Positions 39,202 through 53,868 of a stretch of DNA of 64,000 nt are shown one piece after another. The notes under the pieces were generated by a model that saw nothing but the letters and a program-made list of their open reading frames with translations, made no database searches and was not told the origin of the DNA. The DNA comes from Parasitella parasitica NRRL 2501 (taxonomy: Eukaryota; Fungi; Mucoromycota): NCBI GenBank assembly GCA_025201805.1, contig MU619241.1, positions 337,386 through 401,385 of the forward strand, given 5' to 3'. The position numbers and the translations under genes were made by a program. Every line of letters begins with the position of its first letter. Positions within the stretch are counted from its first letter, which is position 1.

Positions 39202-41195
39202 TTACTGTTGCTCCATCATCTAATGTACAAAATATCAGTGCTTTGCACAGTTGCCTCAAAGCTATTAATAAATTACCTCAGGGTCACCACCTTGTTGAGG
39301 AGCGGGTCCTCTGTTCTTTGAAAGGCCAGATACAATATCATCAACACGCAATAACAAGCATGCGGACTAAATAAATCACATCAGTAATAAGATCATCTCT
39401 CGCCCATGCTAACTCACTTCAATTGCTGTCTTGATGGTTTGCACTTTAACAGCAGTAGGTTCCCAAATGCCATAGTCCTTCATATCAACAACTTTGCCAG
39501 CTTCGCCGTCAATACCAAATGAGTGCTCACCGGCAGCATGCTTGGCTCTTAATTGTGTCAAGGTCTTGATGGCATTGCCACCACAATTTTGAACAAGAGT
39601 GCGAGGAATAACTTCCATGGCTTCAGCAACAGCTCTGTAGGGCCATTGCTCAACACCATCAACTAACTTGGCCTTTTCTTCAAGCTTGACAGAGACTGCC
39701 ATCTCAGTGGCACCTCCACCAGGTGCCAATTTAGCGCTGAAAAATACATTACGAGCAACACACATGGCATCTTGAAGGTTGCGTTCGACTTCATTGATAA
39801 TATCTCTACTGGGACCACGCAAAATAACCGAACAAGCCTTGGGATCCTCACATTTAGTCAAGAAAGTGAAATATTCGTCACCAATCTTATCAATGTTGAA
39901 AAGACCACACTTTGTGCCAACGTCGGTTTCACGAAGATCATCAACACGATTAACAATGGTGGCTCCAACGGCACGAGCGATACGGTTATTATCAGTCTTA
40001 CGAACACGACGGATAGCTGTGATGTTTGCCTTGACAAAGTAATGTTGCGCGAGATCTGTTGATCAAAGTTAACACAGCGTCATTTCAAACGGTGCATAAC
40101 ACATACCAGAAACACCCTTTTCGGTGAAGACTAAATCAGGCTTCAAAGAAATGATCTTATCACACATGGCTTTTACTTGTTCTTCTTCGATCTGGAGAAT
40201 ACGGTTCCAATCGGCTTCCTTAGAGATTTCAATGTTGGTTTGCGACTCACCCTTCTTGTACTCAAGAGGACAATCTAATAAAATAACACGAGGGTTCTCG
40301 ATACGGCGGCGCATCTTGGGGTGAGTAACATCCTTGTTCAAGATGATACCATCCAATACTTGGGATTGTTCAATTTCGCCACCAGGGATCTTCTCAACAC
40401 GAGCATAGCGTTTGATATCAACTTCAGTTTTGCCAGTCCCCTCTTCTTCAATAGCAACGCAACGAACAGCATCTAAAGCAAGCTTGCACATTAAATCACT
40501 CCAGGTGCTCACGAATTTTGTACCGATGGAAGATTTAATAAGTGCCATCATTTCATCTGTATTGTTCACATCAACGGGGTTGGAGATATCTTCGACAATT
40601 TGTAAAGCATCCTCGAGAGCCTTTTTGAAAGCACTGATAATAACAATAGGATGGATGTTGTTTTGAATATGAGGCAATGCACCAGCGAGCACTTCACCAG
40701 CTACCGTAAAGCTGTATTAGTTATAAAGTAATAGGGTGCCCCCCTGAATTTGATTATGCTTTTCTTTTTTTTTTTACCGAGAATAATGACACTAGTAGTA
40801 CCATCGCCAACTTCCTCATCTTGTGTTCTGGAAAGTTCAATCATACTTTTGGCAGCAGGATGATCGACTTCAATTTCGCGAAGAATGGCGTTGCCATCGT
40901 TTGTCAATAAAATGCCACCCATTGGATCAAGCAACATTTTTAGCATGGATCTGGGGCCAAGACAAGTGCGAATAACATCAGCTACTGTCTACATGGACAC
41001 CGTTTACAGTAAGCATGCATTGCAAATCTAGTCGCAGTCTATAGCTTACCTTGGCAGCAGTAATATTAGAGAGCTGAGCTTTACGCCCTGACTCACGTTC
41101 CATATTGGTATCTAAAATCATCCTACAATTAATACTCTTTTCTATTGCAAGGTCTAGGCCAAATCCATACTCATGACAAGAACTGGTGCCTGCAT
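39202..41195 (-). CDS. CCT3: T-complex protein 1 subunit gamma
   Basis: MQAPVLVM start, TCLGPRSMLKMLLDPMGG, QDEEVGDGTT, LDCPLEYKKGESQT and LLRVDDIVSG. The last micro-exon is MMEQQ*. Confidence 0.96.
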
Positions 41196-41453
41196 TTTGA
41201 CTCGGTAATCTATACTTTTTTCTTTGAAAAAGGGGAAAGAAAGAGAGGGAGAGAAAACAAAGGATATTGAAAAAATTTTATTTGAAGCGCGTGTTCTTTC
41301 GCTCTGTCATTATAAACTTTCTCTGATGTTCTAAAAGGGGTTGATGGAAGTATTGGTTGCAATTCGAAATCGGTTATTTAAAAAAAATCTCTTCGTTGAA
41401 TGGCACTGACAAAGATGCAGGCTTTTTTCTCTTAAGATAGAATACAGTTTATT

Positions 41454-42345
41454 ATGAATACTCGAATCTTGGTAATGAATTTGCATTGATACAACTTATC
41501 AAAGGTGATAAAATGTACCTAACACCTGTCAAAGTTTGTTGGTTTAGGAAACAAGACATTGCCAAACACTAGACACAATGTTGGTATGATGGTTCTTGAT
41601 TCCATTGCCAACACATTAAACCTCACTTGGTCTCAGAATAAGAGCTGGAAATCCGACGTTACCGAGACAACTATCAGAGCTGAAGCAAAAGAGTACCAAG
41701 TGACATTGCTAAAGCCAAGGAAACTGATGAATGTCAGTGGTTCCTGTGTGGCACAAGCAGGTTTGTGAACATATCAGTTTAAAGCCTTTTTTTTTTTTCT
41801 TCCTTTAATGCCTACGTTTTTTTCTTTTTTTTTCTTGCCTCTCTCTAGTCAAGGACCTTCGAATACCACTACAAAATCTATACGTTTTTCACGACGATAT
41901 GCAAAGAGATTTGGGAAAAATCAACTTGAAAGGAAGTGGATCTGCAAACGGACACAATGGCATTAAATCAGTGATTGAAAATCTCAAAACAAACGAATTT
42001 AAGCGAATCCGTATAGGCATTGGTCGTCCGCCTGCTAACATTGATGATCGCTCGTATGATGTTGTAGCTGGATATGTATTAAGCAAGTTTACCCAAAGCG
42101 AAATTACAAAATTAGAGGATTTGGTGTATCCAATGTGGACAAAAAATCAAGGGCTGGAGTTGCTATGTGATAAAGGCCAATTGTTTACAGCGCCCAAAGT
42201 GAAAAACAAAAAGAAAATCGTAGATCCCAGTAAATGGGAGGAAAAGCAACAGAAAAAACAAAACTTGGACAACGGGCAAACATTGAAAACAATTTTGGAA
42301 AATGCTGCAACTGTATCTAACAATGAAATCAAGCAGAAATCATAA
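41454..42345 (+). CDS. PTH1: Peptidyl-tRNA hydrolase (Pth1 type)
   Basis: FVGLGN, TRHNVG, LKP..LMNVSG, HDDM, GSANGHNGIKS and RIRIGIGRP. Two introns. Confidence 0.92.
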
Positions 42346-43293
42346 ATTTTACAACTTTAGTAGTAGACAGTTGGCTTTACATGTTATCATCCTGAAACAT
42401 TTAATTATAGACGATCCCCACATTTGTGTTCGTTAGATTAAAGAAAGCAAAATGGGATAAATACACATGTTAAATGTTGGTCGACTCAGGCTCGAATTTT
42501 TTGGTAAATTGTAATTGGAAGCAATGATCTACTACAAATGCAACAATGATTATAGAGAAAGAAAAATAAAAATATGTAAGACTACACATAACATATGTCA
42601 GTTATACTTTTGAGCAAGGACATCATTAAGTACATGGCTATGGAATGAATTATTAAACTTAAACCAGACAGAACCAAATACTAGTAATACATTGCCAAAT
42701 TAAGTGATAAATAACCAGTTATTAACAAAGGGAGAGGAAGAGAGAATAACCAGAATCAAGAGCATAGACTTGGTAGAGGGAATACCCATACCCTCTCAAT
42801 AGGATCATTTGCATAAATGAGAGAAAGCCTACTAAGGGAAGTTGGACCCCAGGAACAACGTTTTGAAATACATTCACAATAATAACGATCTGCATCTCAC
42901 TTCTAGATTCATCCAGTTACCTTAAATTATTGTAGACTACATAAGTGCACAGTTAATAAGATATACAATACAGATTTATACTATATAAGATATAGGCTAG
43001 AGATGACACCAGGAGGATGGATGACGCTATAGAATCAAATTTATATTTCGACACGAGCCTTAGACATTTACTAGATTTTTAGTATATGCTGCGAGCTTAT
43101 GCCATAGAAGATCTATGCTTCATATGCGTATTTTCAGTTTCCACATATGCACCTCAATATATCCATCATACCTAGCTACAGATACATTATGTACAACAGA
43201 CTTGTACAATGTGTGCAATGCTATAGATATGCTCATAACATGCTATAGATATGCTACATATACGAATATACGCAAAGATGAATACCAAGTGAT

Positions 43294-44433
43294 ATTTTGC
43301 TATGTTTGGACCCCAAACTCAGATTCGATTTTCAGTTTTCAACTTTGGGTCGATCTTCAGGGTCATTTTTAGGTACGGATTTGAGGTCCAAGCCAGGTAT
43401 ATCCTAATAATAGCACACTGAATGTTTCTCATCACGTTTTTCGAATTCAAATATCTATCTTTGTTGTCAAGATAGTGCCAAACAACCAGATTTTGCAAAT
43501 TTTGCAGATTATACAGCATATGGGCCTATAGTAAGTACTTAATTTTGAAAGTAAATCATGTTCAAGTTTTTAAGTAAACTAGTAGAGAACGTTTTGATAT
43601 ACCTGCTGGTACCAACCATGTCTTTCTGATACTCGAATACAACAATTTTGAGCTAACTTTGTCTTTGTACACAGAGTTTTGCGTGCCAATTTCTCAACAA
43701 AACATTAAAATAATTTGACTTGAGTAATTATTAAAATATTTTTGTAGCATAATTTTCTGCTAGATGTGTAAGTTTCAAAAGGATATAGAGAAAAAAACAT
43801 ATTTTCCATCTGTTTTCGGCAGAGGCTTGATTTATTTTCATAACTTTCAGAGCAACAAAGGATATACAAAATATATATTTTTTGCAACAAAATCATAGAG
43901 CTACTAAATAGCTTCATGATGGCTTTGGTTTAGTCAAAAAATGCCGATTTTTGAGCGAGATAATGGCGAAAAACACTATGGTTTTTTACCCTTTTGAATG
44001 GCTCCATTTTGGCCCTATAAGTCTAGGGACGGGAAAATGTTGATTGGTTTTGGTCGAGATAAGAATTTGATTATTGGCAGAAATAATAAAGCTATAGTTG
44101 TGAACAAGATATTAATGTGTAGGTATTGACATTATGGTTTGTTTGGTCAAGTTTATAAAGGTGAAAGTGCTCAAAATATGTTTGCTTTTACTCAAAAACT
44201 ATCAAAAAGTGCGTTTTTCGGATATTTGAAAATCGGTAATAAGAAAAAGTGTTTATATAGCCCTGTCATCTATATGTTTAGATGCAGAATTCATTTTTTA
44301 TTATAAACACTTAGTACACATATTCGGTATACCTATTACGTTTTTGAGCTATCCAGCAATGAACTAATGCAAAAATTCTTCAATTCTGGTTTGGGTCAAA
44401 TGGAAACACACAGCTGGGATTGAATTTACAGTC
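43294..44433. repeat. Long diverged direct repeat, copy 1 (about 1.14 kb)
   Basis: Colinear with 44783-45913. Shared blocks include ATTTTGCTATGTTTGGACCCCAAA, TTGAGCGAGATAATGGCGAAAAACACTATGG and TTACTCAAAAACTATCAAAAAG. Confidence 0.93.
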
Positions 44434-44782
44434 TCTTTTCTCACTGCAAATTTCTCACTGCAAATGAGAACACCGCCTATTTTCAATTGAGGAGCAAAGG
44501 CTGATTCTATTAAGTAACTTTGGTATGTCTCAATATAAATCGATAGCTAAGATATTGTATGATACGGGTTCAAAAATCATTTTTATATACCTTCATTTTT
44601 GAATGAAATAAATACCACTAAATTTAAAGCATTACCTTTTTCTCCGCTAAAAGGCCCAGGTTGAAATCTTTGATATCTTTACAAACTATTAAGCGATAGA
44701 GACATAACCTTCAGCCAAAATCTTGTTTTTTGCACCTTTCTTTGTTATATCCGAGTTTTATGCACCTCTGACCATTTTTCAG

Positions 44783-45913
44783 ATTTTGCTATGTTTGGAC
44801 CCCAAACCTCATATTCGATTTTCAATTTTCAACTTTGGGTCAACCTTCAGGGTCATTTTTAGGTACGAATTTGGGGTCCAAACCTGGTATACATCCTAGT
44901 ACTAGTACAATAACTGTATCTCACTACGTCTTTGGATTATCGATATCTATCTTTGCTGTCGAGATATTGCCAAAACCAGATTTTGCAGATTTTGCAGATT
45001 TTACAGCATTTGTTCTTATAACAAGTATAAGATTTTGCAATTAAATCATGTTCAAGTTTCTAAGTAAAGTAATAAAGCACGGTTTGGCACACCTACTGGT
45101 ATTAAACATGTCGTATTCAAGCTCGAATTCGACAAGCTTGAGTCAATTTTGTCTTTTGACGTAATACTTTGTCCGGTTTTTACTCAACAAACTACTAAGA
45201 CACTTGGGCTTGAGTGATAATTCAAATCTTTTTGAAACTTGATTTACTACTTGATGTATTAGTTTTTAGATAGATATGTACAAAAAAAATTTTTTTCATA
45301 TATTTTTAGCAGTAGCTTGATTTATTTTCATAATTTTCAAAGCAATAAATAATATTTAAAGCTATATTATATATCAATAAAAACATAGAGCTACAAAATA
45401 GCTACGGAATGGTTTTTGTTTTGTTAAAAAATTTCAATTATTGAGCGAGATAATGGCGAAAAACACTATGGTTTTCTACCCTTTTGAATGGCTTCATTTT
45501 GGCCCTCTAAGTATAGGACCGGAAAATTGTAGATTCATTTTGGTCGAGACAAAATTTTAATTTTTGGCAGAAATAATAAAGCTACAGTCATAAACAAGGT
45601 ATTGATGTGTAAGTATTGACATGATGGTGTGTTTGGTCAAGTTTATAGAGCTGCAAGTGCTCCAAATTGTCTTGAATTTACTCAAAAACTATCAAAAAGG
45701 GCGTTTTTTGGATATTTGAAAATTGGTGATAAGAAAATATGTTGATATAGCCTTGTAATTTATATGGTTGGATGCCGAATTTATTTATTGCTATAAAACA
45801 TTTAGAACGCATATCCGATATACCTATTACTTTCTTGAGATATCTAGCAATGAAAAAGTTCTGAACCTGTTTTGGTTCCAATGGAAACACATTGCTGAGA
45901 TTGAATCTACAGC
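44783..45913. repeat. Long diverged direct repeat, copy 2
   Basis: Colinear with 43294-44433; period about 1489 bp. Confidence 0.93.
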
Positions 45914-47249
45914 CTAATACACAGTTCCGAAGCGACAGGTGTTTACCAGTGACCCACTGTTTTGAATTCAGAAGGAAGGACTACTGTGAATATCTTGGAT
46001 ATAAGTTCAAATTGAAATCCAACATCTTTTCATATTGTGGCCTATTTCTATTGTTAAAAATAAGTTCGATTACAATATTAACTATTCTAGGCGATCAATT
46101 TGTTGAAAATTTGGTAATTCAAACGAATCCGAGCGGTCGCTTATGTGCCGTCTCTGTGTTCGATTGCGAACCATGGATAGCTTTTCTGTGTCAAAAAACG
46201 CTTAATACAAGTTACAAATATATTCAGATACTATTATGTTAGAGACATGTTTGATATGTAGCTCCCATTTACAAAATATGTAACCAAGAAAACGATATTT
46301 CGCCAATCAGTTTTCAACTGGGATGAACTTTTAAAGCACTTGACAAATTGATTTTTCAAGCAAAAGGTCAAATCCCAAATAGAGACGAAGCATGCTTTGT
46401 GAACCAATATTTAACGTAATAACCGACCATTCTACTATTTAAAAAAACCATTAACAGTATTGTGAATTCCTTGTAAGTATAGCCTTGCTATGTCTTTGCT
46501 TCTTTTAATACACATATTACTTGGCTCTGTAGTAGTATAGAATCAAAAGGTCGGAAAAGGTACAACTTGAGAACCCAGATTCTATATTGAGTTCAGAGAT
46601 CGTAGGCGGAAGCTATACTATTTCTACGTTGAGCTAAAACGACTAGAATGTGAAGCATTTACCAAGAAGAAGTAATATTTAAGTCAATTATCATGGTCAA
46701 ATGTACCCAAAGTGGTTGGAGATGCTGTTTATAACTCAAGTGCCATTTTGTGGTCTGGCTCTGTAGCACAATTTTTTTTTATATGAAATTTTATTTGCCC
46801 ATCTGTGCAGTGAAAATGACAACAATGTCTGTTTCAATGAAATTGCGGATGGCAGGGATTTATTAATGCATTTCTCTGGTTGATGAAAAAATCTTAAACG
46901 ACTATATGATTCGTATCTCCTTGTCTCAATTACTATACTTCCAGTAAAGATGAACGGTTTTCTTGTTTCATTGCTCGTATTAACCACTCCAATTTGTGTT
47001 TTCCTAGTATTAAAACAGGCATTATTAAACAGTGAAAAGAGGGAGAAAGAAACTAGATCATTTGATCAGAGAGGATAAAGTACCTTCGGATAATCTAGTA
47101 CTTCCGGCATCTTTTTTTACGGAACAGATGCGCTTCATTGTCTGACAAAATTGAGATGACGATCGTCACAATGGTTAAACGTATAAAAAGCCCAAGCTTC
47201 TTCCTACAGCCCCTCTTTTTCTCTCTTACTATCTCTACTCAATTACCGA

Positions 47250-48470
47250 ATGAACGTATTCAACAGACTCAAATCCAATTCCGCTGCCAGTCTGAAGCCT
47301 CCATCAGCTTCTCCTAGCGAGGAATTTGGTCCTGTCTCACATGAACCCAAATTGACACCTCCTGCTAACTTCAGTCCTGCAACACATCCCGCTCTAGACG
47401 AAGAACAAAAGGCCAACGTTGCCAAACTTTTAGAATACATCGAGTCGATTATGCTACCAAAAACCGATGCTTATTATACAAGTGAGAGGGGCTTTGTTAC
47501 AGAAAATACAGTAAAGAGATATATGCGTGCTAGGAAATGGAACTATGAGGTAGTTTTGATTATAGCATAATTTTAAACACCAGCAGCCATGTAAACCTTA
47601 AACTTTAATAGCAAGCAAAGACCATGTTAGAGAATTCCGTCTTATGGAGACGTGATTACCGTCCTGATGAACTCGATCCAGAGTACATTAAGCCAGAGGT
47701 AAGTCTTCGTAGGCGACTGAAGAAAAGTGAATAGGTTCCTCTGGTGCAATTGTGTGTCATATGGTTTCCATGGGCTTTTTCTCGCTTTTTTTTATCCGGA
47801 AAAAGTTTTTTCTAAAACACCTTGTATTGTTTAGGCCGAAACAGGTAAAATGTACTTTAATGGATTCGATAAATGCGGCCGTCCAGTTTGGATAATGAGA
47901 CCCAGACTACAAAACTCCAAAGATGGTGAACGTCAGATCAAGCACATTGTATATAGTTTAGAACGTGGTATTCGCTTGATGCCCAAATTGGTCGAAAATC
48001 TGGCCATCATCGTCGATTTCAAGGATTCCTCTGCGTCTCACAATCCCAGTGTTTCAACATGTAAAAAGTTTTTGGACATTTTAGGAAACCATTATCCTGA
48101 AAGATTGGGTATTGCTTTTGTTGTCAAATGTAAGTTGTATAACGCTGTTGCTATGGTGAGGTGATGCTGATACTTTTTTTATTTTTATTTTTATTTAGCA
48201 CCCTGGTTCTTCTTTGCCACTTTTAAAATTATTTCCCCATTCATGGATCCTGTAACCAAGAACAAAATCAAATTTGTGTATGACGGAAAAGATGAAAAGG
48301 AAAACAAGAGCACAAGTAACGAGTGGGTGCACATGGAGGATTACATTGATCTTGATCAACTAGAATGCGATTTCGGTGGTCGATTCAATTTCATCTACGA
48401 GCTTGAGCCTTACTGGTCTGCACTTTTGGAAAAGACTGGAAACCCATACAAAATCATCGAGTACAACTAA
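47250..48470 (+). CDS. Sec14/CRAL-TRIO lipid-transfer protein (Pdr16-like)
   Basis: RYMRARKW, WRRDYRPD, EAETGKMYFNGFDKCGRP, HYPERLG and PFMDPVTKNKI. Three introns. Confidence 0.92.
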
Positions 48471-49030
48471 AAAAAGACCATGCCACAAACACGCAAACCC
48501 ACAAACTTATACGCAGGAAACGCATGTAAACACTCTGTACATCTGACAAACCCTTATTATATATCAATATAAAATAAATATACGCCTCATGTTTATTTCT
48601 CCTTTTTCGCGTAAATACTACCATAGTTGGTCAATTTCTGATATCACATAGACATGCAATTATTTGCTACTGAACTCATAAAAATACAGAAAACTCTGTA
48701 GAGGAGCTGTTGTGCCCACTGTGATATAATTTCTAGGCTCGATTTCTTCATTTTCAACTCTGCAACAGCAATGACAAATATAGCACTATGTACACTGATC
48801 GCCATAGGCTGTTTGTTGCATCAACACCTTGTATACAAACAATTGTTTCGAATAGCAAACACCGGCATTCTGTGTGTTTAGGATGATAAGCATCCTATTG
48901 TTTCACACTAATTTATCTTAATCCTCCCCCAAGACGGCCCGGTTTTCCCTTTTTAAAATGGACAATCATTGTTCCAGATACAGTACTCAAGTTTTTCAAA
49001 GGTTTATTAACATGAAACGAATTCCTGAAA

Positions 49031-50165
49031 TCAATTCACCAAGCAATTATTGTTGTTTAAGCATGATTCGAATGATAAAACATCGATAGCACTGTCTATT
49101 TCGTCAGCAATACTTGAATTGCACGAATTACTGCTGCTCGTTATCTCCAGCATGTTGATTTGTTCAAAATGACGGTATATCATGGCAGATGTATATCCGA
49201 CCATCGTAATCGGAAACTCCAAGTTTACAACTTGCTTGTTTTGCAGATCACAAAAGGCGAATGTAAACTTGATGTAATGCTCTACCGCAACTCTTTGACT
49301 CTCTATTATTGAAGGTAAAATTGAGACGACGTCCATTGCTAGTGTCATTTGGCATGGTTGAGACCAGGATTTATTGGGCGAAGTTAATAATTGTGTTCCA
49401 GTTGCTAAAACCTGGTTTTGGCTTTTTCTATTAAATTAGGTAAGCACGCTTAGAAATAAGAGTTTCAAAGAAATAAGCCTACATTTTTTCGCCTTTTCCA
49501 TCTTCTTGCTCGTCAACCAGGTGCAGCAATTGGACAACCTGATAGCCTACAAGGCAACACTCGTCTTTCTTCAGCGGAAACATGGCCTTTAGTCTCACAG
49601 ATATGCTTTCACATGTGCTGTCCAGATTGACAGTGTTTGGAAACTCTAGTTCGTATTGCCATCTTTGCTGTCTGGACTGATTCGTAATTCCCCAAAAGGT
49701 TCTTTTCGGTATGATGGTCGTCATTGGAGCAATTGGATAGCAAGGTCGATGTAGATGTATTGGCTGCAGTAACTTTTGATCTGTAGAGGATGATGTAGTG
49801 ACGCTAAGAGTATAGTAAATCAGAGTTGTGTTTGCGTTGGGTAGGTCAATATGAAACGAACTGGGTATATTGTTTGGAATAGACGATAAATTGAATGGCA
49901 AGCTATATTCATTGCTTGACACATACATCCAGTCAGTTGGTCGGCTTGAGAGATGATATGTGTCGTCAAGGAAAGTTCTCGTTGAATTTCTAACCCTTTC
50001 CTTGCCTACTAGCCGTAAGTGTGTCCAGGATGGAGCTTTGAAACATGATGACTCGGAAGTAAGATGTATTGCACCGAATACTTTTGTGGTTGGATTTCGT
50101 GTACTCAATGGAAACGAGTCTTGACCCAATTTCATAGACAATTTATAGCATTGATCTGTGGGCAT
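49031..50165 (-). CDS. Arrestin-fold (alpha-arrestin-like) protein, 2 exons
   Basis: Beta-rich ORFs with the LPFNL..IPNNIPSSF....IYYTLSV pattern and C-terminal VAVEHYIKFTF...LEFPITM. Intron at about 49428-49480. Confidence 0.5.
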
Positions 50166-50544
50166 TCTGAGTGAGTTGGGCGAAATATAATGCGTGCTTT
50201 AAGAGACAATAAATATAGCTGAATGCAAGTAGATATTTATGAGGGAGTCGAGAAAGAGGGAAAAAAGACGATTGAAACGGTAATTTTAACGATTGTTTCT
50301 CTATCATATATATACCATTTTTTTCATGCGCTATTTATTTTGTATATATGCACCTCAGTCAAACAGAAAAACTTGCACACAAATACATCAACATGTTTAT
50401 CAGTTGTATTATTAAAATTCATTATTTTGTTGTACATATGATGCATGTGAGACATCCTAAAACATAACATATTGCATTTAATAGGAAAAAGAGGGGTATA
50501 TATGTCCTATATATTATGTAGCCTTTTAATGCTTTTTTGGATCT

Positions 50545-52356
50545 TTACAGCTCATTCGGTGCATCTTCTTCTTTTGGTATATCAATCGAAGTTAACAATA
50601 GTTGTTGCCTTTGTTCTTGTTGCACACGCTCTAGTGCATCTTCCTCCGACATGTCCAGCAGCCGTGCAAGCTTGTTACTACTGTTACGAACTTTAGGCTT
50701 GACAAAGTTTTCATCATCCTCCAAAATCGTCAAATCAAGGCCCATTTCATCATTGTAATCCAGCTCATCTTCGTTTTCACTCGATGCGATAGTTGGCCTT
50801 ATAGTCCTCGTGGCAAAGAAATCGTCCATATTCACATCGTCATGAGCTTTTGTTATAGATCTTGATTGATTTTCCAGTAGCGCATGACCAGTCATTGTAG
50901 GTAGCAAATGAGGCTTTTTGTTGAGCGAAGAAGCGACCGAACAGCAGTTGAAACCGCTGCAAGTACGACGCTTGGTGTTTTTTAGCCGACGGTAGTAGTA
51001 ATTAGGAATGATTGCCCTTAGTGCCACAATCCAGGCACGCCGTAACTTGTGCGCAATCATGCGATAAAGACGATAAATTGCCCATTTATGATAAAGCTTA
51101 GGTGAAGACTCCTTCCAGACACGAGCCTCTGAATAGTAATAATCTGAGTCATAATCGTCGTATTCATCATCATCGTCCATATAGTCAGAGTCTGAGTCAC
51201 TCTTGTAGGTGGGCAAATTAAGGTATTCAATCGTTGTGATATTCATTTTTGCTACACAATGGAGGGATAAATATGAGTCTTTTTTTTTCTGTTTTTTTGG
51301 GCAAGGTGTTGCAAAATGAGTGATATTTACCGAGTTTAATGTGGAATAGTAGTAATCTTGTGATGGACACAAGTGATATCAGAGCCGTCAAAGTGATGAG
51401 CACTGTCACCACCGCGCTTATGTGGTAAATCCGGTTAATGCTGCTAAGATCAGCATTCTGTAAATCAACATGAAAAATTCGTAAACCTTTGTTTATCAAG
51501 ATTAGCAATCAAAATTGCTTATCAAGTCAATAATCTGATCACATATGACATACCGTTCATAATAAATGACTTTTTGTCGCAAAAACATGACCATACAACA
51601 AAACATGCGATATATGAATACCATAGCAACGCTGTAAATGCAGACACCACCAATGTTATAAACAATCTACATGAGTGATCGGTTTAATTTTACTCACTAA
51701 CATCCCCTCCCCCTCTTTGACAAAGTTACCTGTAATTGCTCTCCCCAACGCAGCAATTCAACCATTTACAATGATGATCCATTCGACCTACACACTTGTT
51801 GCATAGCTTGCAGTGGCGAGTTTGTTTTGATCTGCTCTTCCCATGTTTAAAATCAAGCATTTAATGGACTGTAAATCAAAAGAAAAACTCACACTTTGAT
51901 CCGACAAATGTTGCAAATGCCCGTAAAGCTATCTATAACTGGAATTCCATAACGCCTCGTATAAGTTTGGCTTCGGTTAATCTGATGACGCTGTTTTGAT
52001 ACCGCCGGATCTTCTGTTTCCACCATGGACGTTGATAAGCTAAGAAGTTTAACTAATGTGGTAAGGCCTATCATGATTTTACTATTCCACGAGCTTAATG
52101 GATCGTTAACTGTTGTTTGCGGCAATTCTTTTAATAGTACTTCGAGCGGTAATTCTGCCTCGGCAGATGATGTTCTCGTGGTAAAGTAGATGAGAAAACA
52201 AAAGAATCCTGAATCAAGTAAAAGCAAGCAGATCCATTGCAGTATTAAATACATGTCTATCGGCATTTGGTAGCCATGTCTTCTTGACCAATCGTTCTTT
52301 TCCCATGTATAAACGACGCCTGGGGCTCTTTTCATGAGGGAAAATGGGAAGCCCAT
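50545..52356 (-). CDS. DHHC palmitoyltransferase (ZDHHC1/11-like)
   Basis: [29 protein letters not shown] at about 51733-51820, N-terminal [13 protein letters not shown] motif and an acidic tail. Confidence 0.9.
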
Positions 52357-53868
52357 ATCTGAAAAGAAAGATATACAACAAGGTAAAAAGGGGCACAAAA
52401 GGAACAGAGAAAGGAGGAAGAATAAACAAAAATCCAAAATTGCTGTCACTCTTTTTTCAGGAGTAACAATGATTTCGATACTCAAAGACATTACTAAGTT
52501 TATATCAAACAACGATGCTATGCACATCTTATTCTGCTGTATAATTTTTTTTAACAGAGAGCATTTGAGAGTGGTTAACAGTAAAGTTTATACACGGAAC
52601 ATGGTTATAAGAAAAGAAAGAGCTTTTACACACATTTGATTTCTCACGGACCATTTTTTGCATATAAAAACGAGATGTGTGCACTAAAATGGGGATTTAC
52701 TGCCTTTGCTTGAAAACAGATAAGGTCTTAATGCGTAACAAACAGGAGAGACTCAGCAATGCATGCAATTTTCATAGGTGTTGCGCGCACTACTTGAACT
52801 GTGTGTGACAGTTGAGAAGAAGCCATTTCATGAGTCGGCTAAAAAACATCATTAATGACAGGTGTAGACGTTGATATCGAGGCAATCATATTCTGTATCC
52901 ATCCAAGTATATCATTACGTTCAAAATCACTGTTGTCGTTGCATATTTTGCGTATAAGCCATGTCTACATGTCTCTGGTAATAATCCTTTAAATAGAGTC
53001 TGGCAGTCTTGAGAGACCCTCAGGACTCAAAACTTTCGACTAAAGAAGTGTACATTCACGCTGCACTTAGATGTATAAAAGGAAGATCTCGCTGTGCCCG
53101 TTGGCAGAATGCCGACTTTCACTCTTTTCTTGCTTTGCGTTCTGGTCTCTCATAGTACTGTGAGATACTGCAAAAGCAGATGGTCAAAAGTACCTTGGTA
53201 GATCTTTCGGTTGTTGGTTCAATGTTGATACCAAATTCAAATTGACCTCGTCTCACTTGTTCATGAAAAAATTCATCTGAGATCGTCAAAAAGCCTAGAT
53301 TGCTGTCAAAACGGCATTTATCACTGAAGGCACTACATTTCATTATCGTTTCTTTCTCAACGGAGCTGATTTTCCACTAAAAAACATCACTTCTCTACAT
53401 GGTAACAATCGTTCTTGGTACAAGTTTTAAAAGCATCAGCCCCCTTGATGATGTTCTAGAGGACATAGGAATCAGGAGCATCACACGGCCCTTTTTTTTT
53501 TTTTTTTTTTTTACAGATAAACACGACTGCAATGCCATGATTGCTGATCACAATAACCTAAAACTAGTTGCTAGCGTCACCAGAACTCACAATAACCTAT
53601 TACTGTATACATCCTGCCTTGGTCAATTTTCATTCGTGCGTGGTGTATGGGGCAATTATCGATATAGTATTTATATAAAAGGCTTTTATTTGACAAGATG
53701 TGATATGTTTATATACAAAGAGATATAGAATTAATTAATAGAGTTTTGTGAGAGAATATTAAAAGAGATGGTTGATCTGTTGTATTCTTCATGATATTTT
53801 GTGAAGCTTGTTAGGGGCTCAGTATTATTTGTCTTGCACCAACAGATGAGGTTAAAATCTTTATACAT

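Noticed and set aside
53119-53343. 74-aa minus-strand ORF between the DHHC and C2H2 genes
   Set aside because: No recognisable motif or convincing promoter or splice context.
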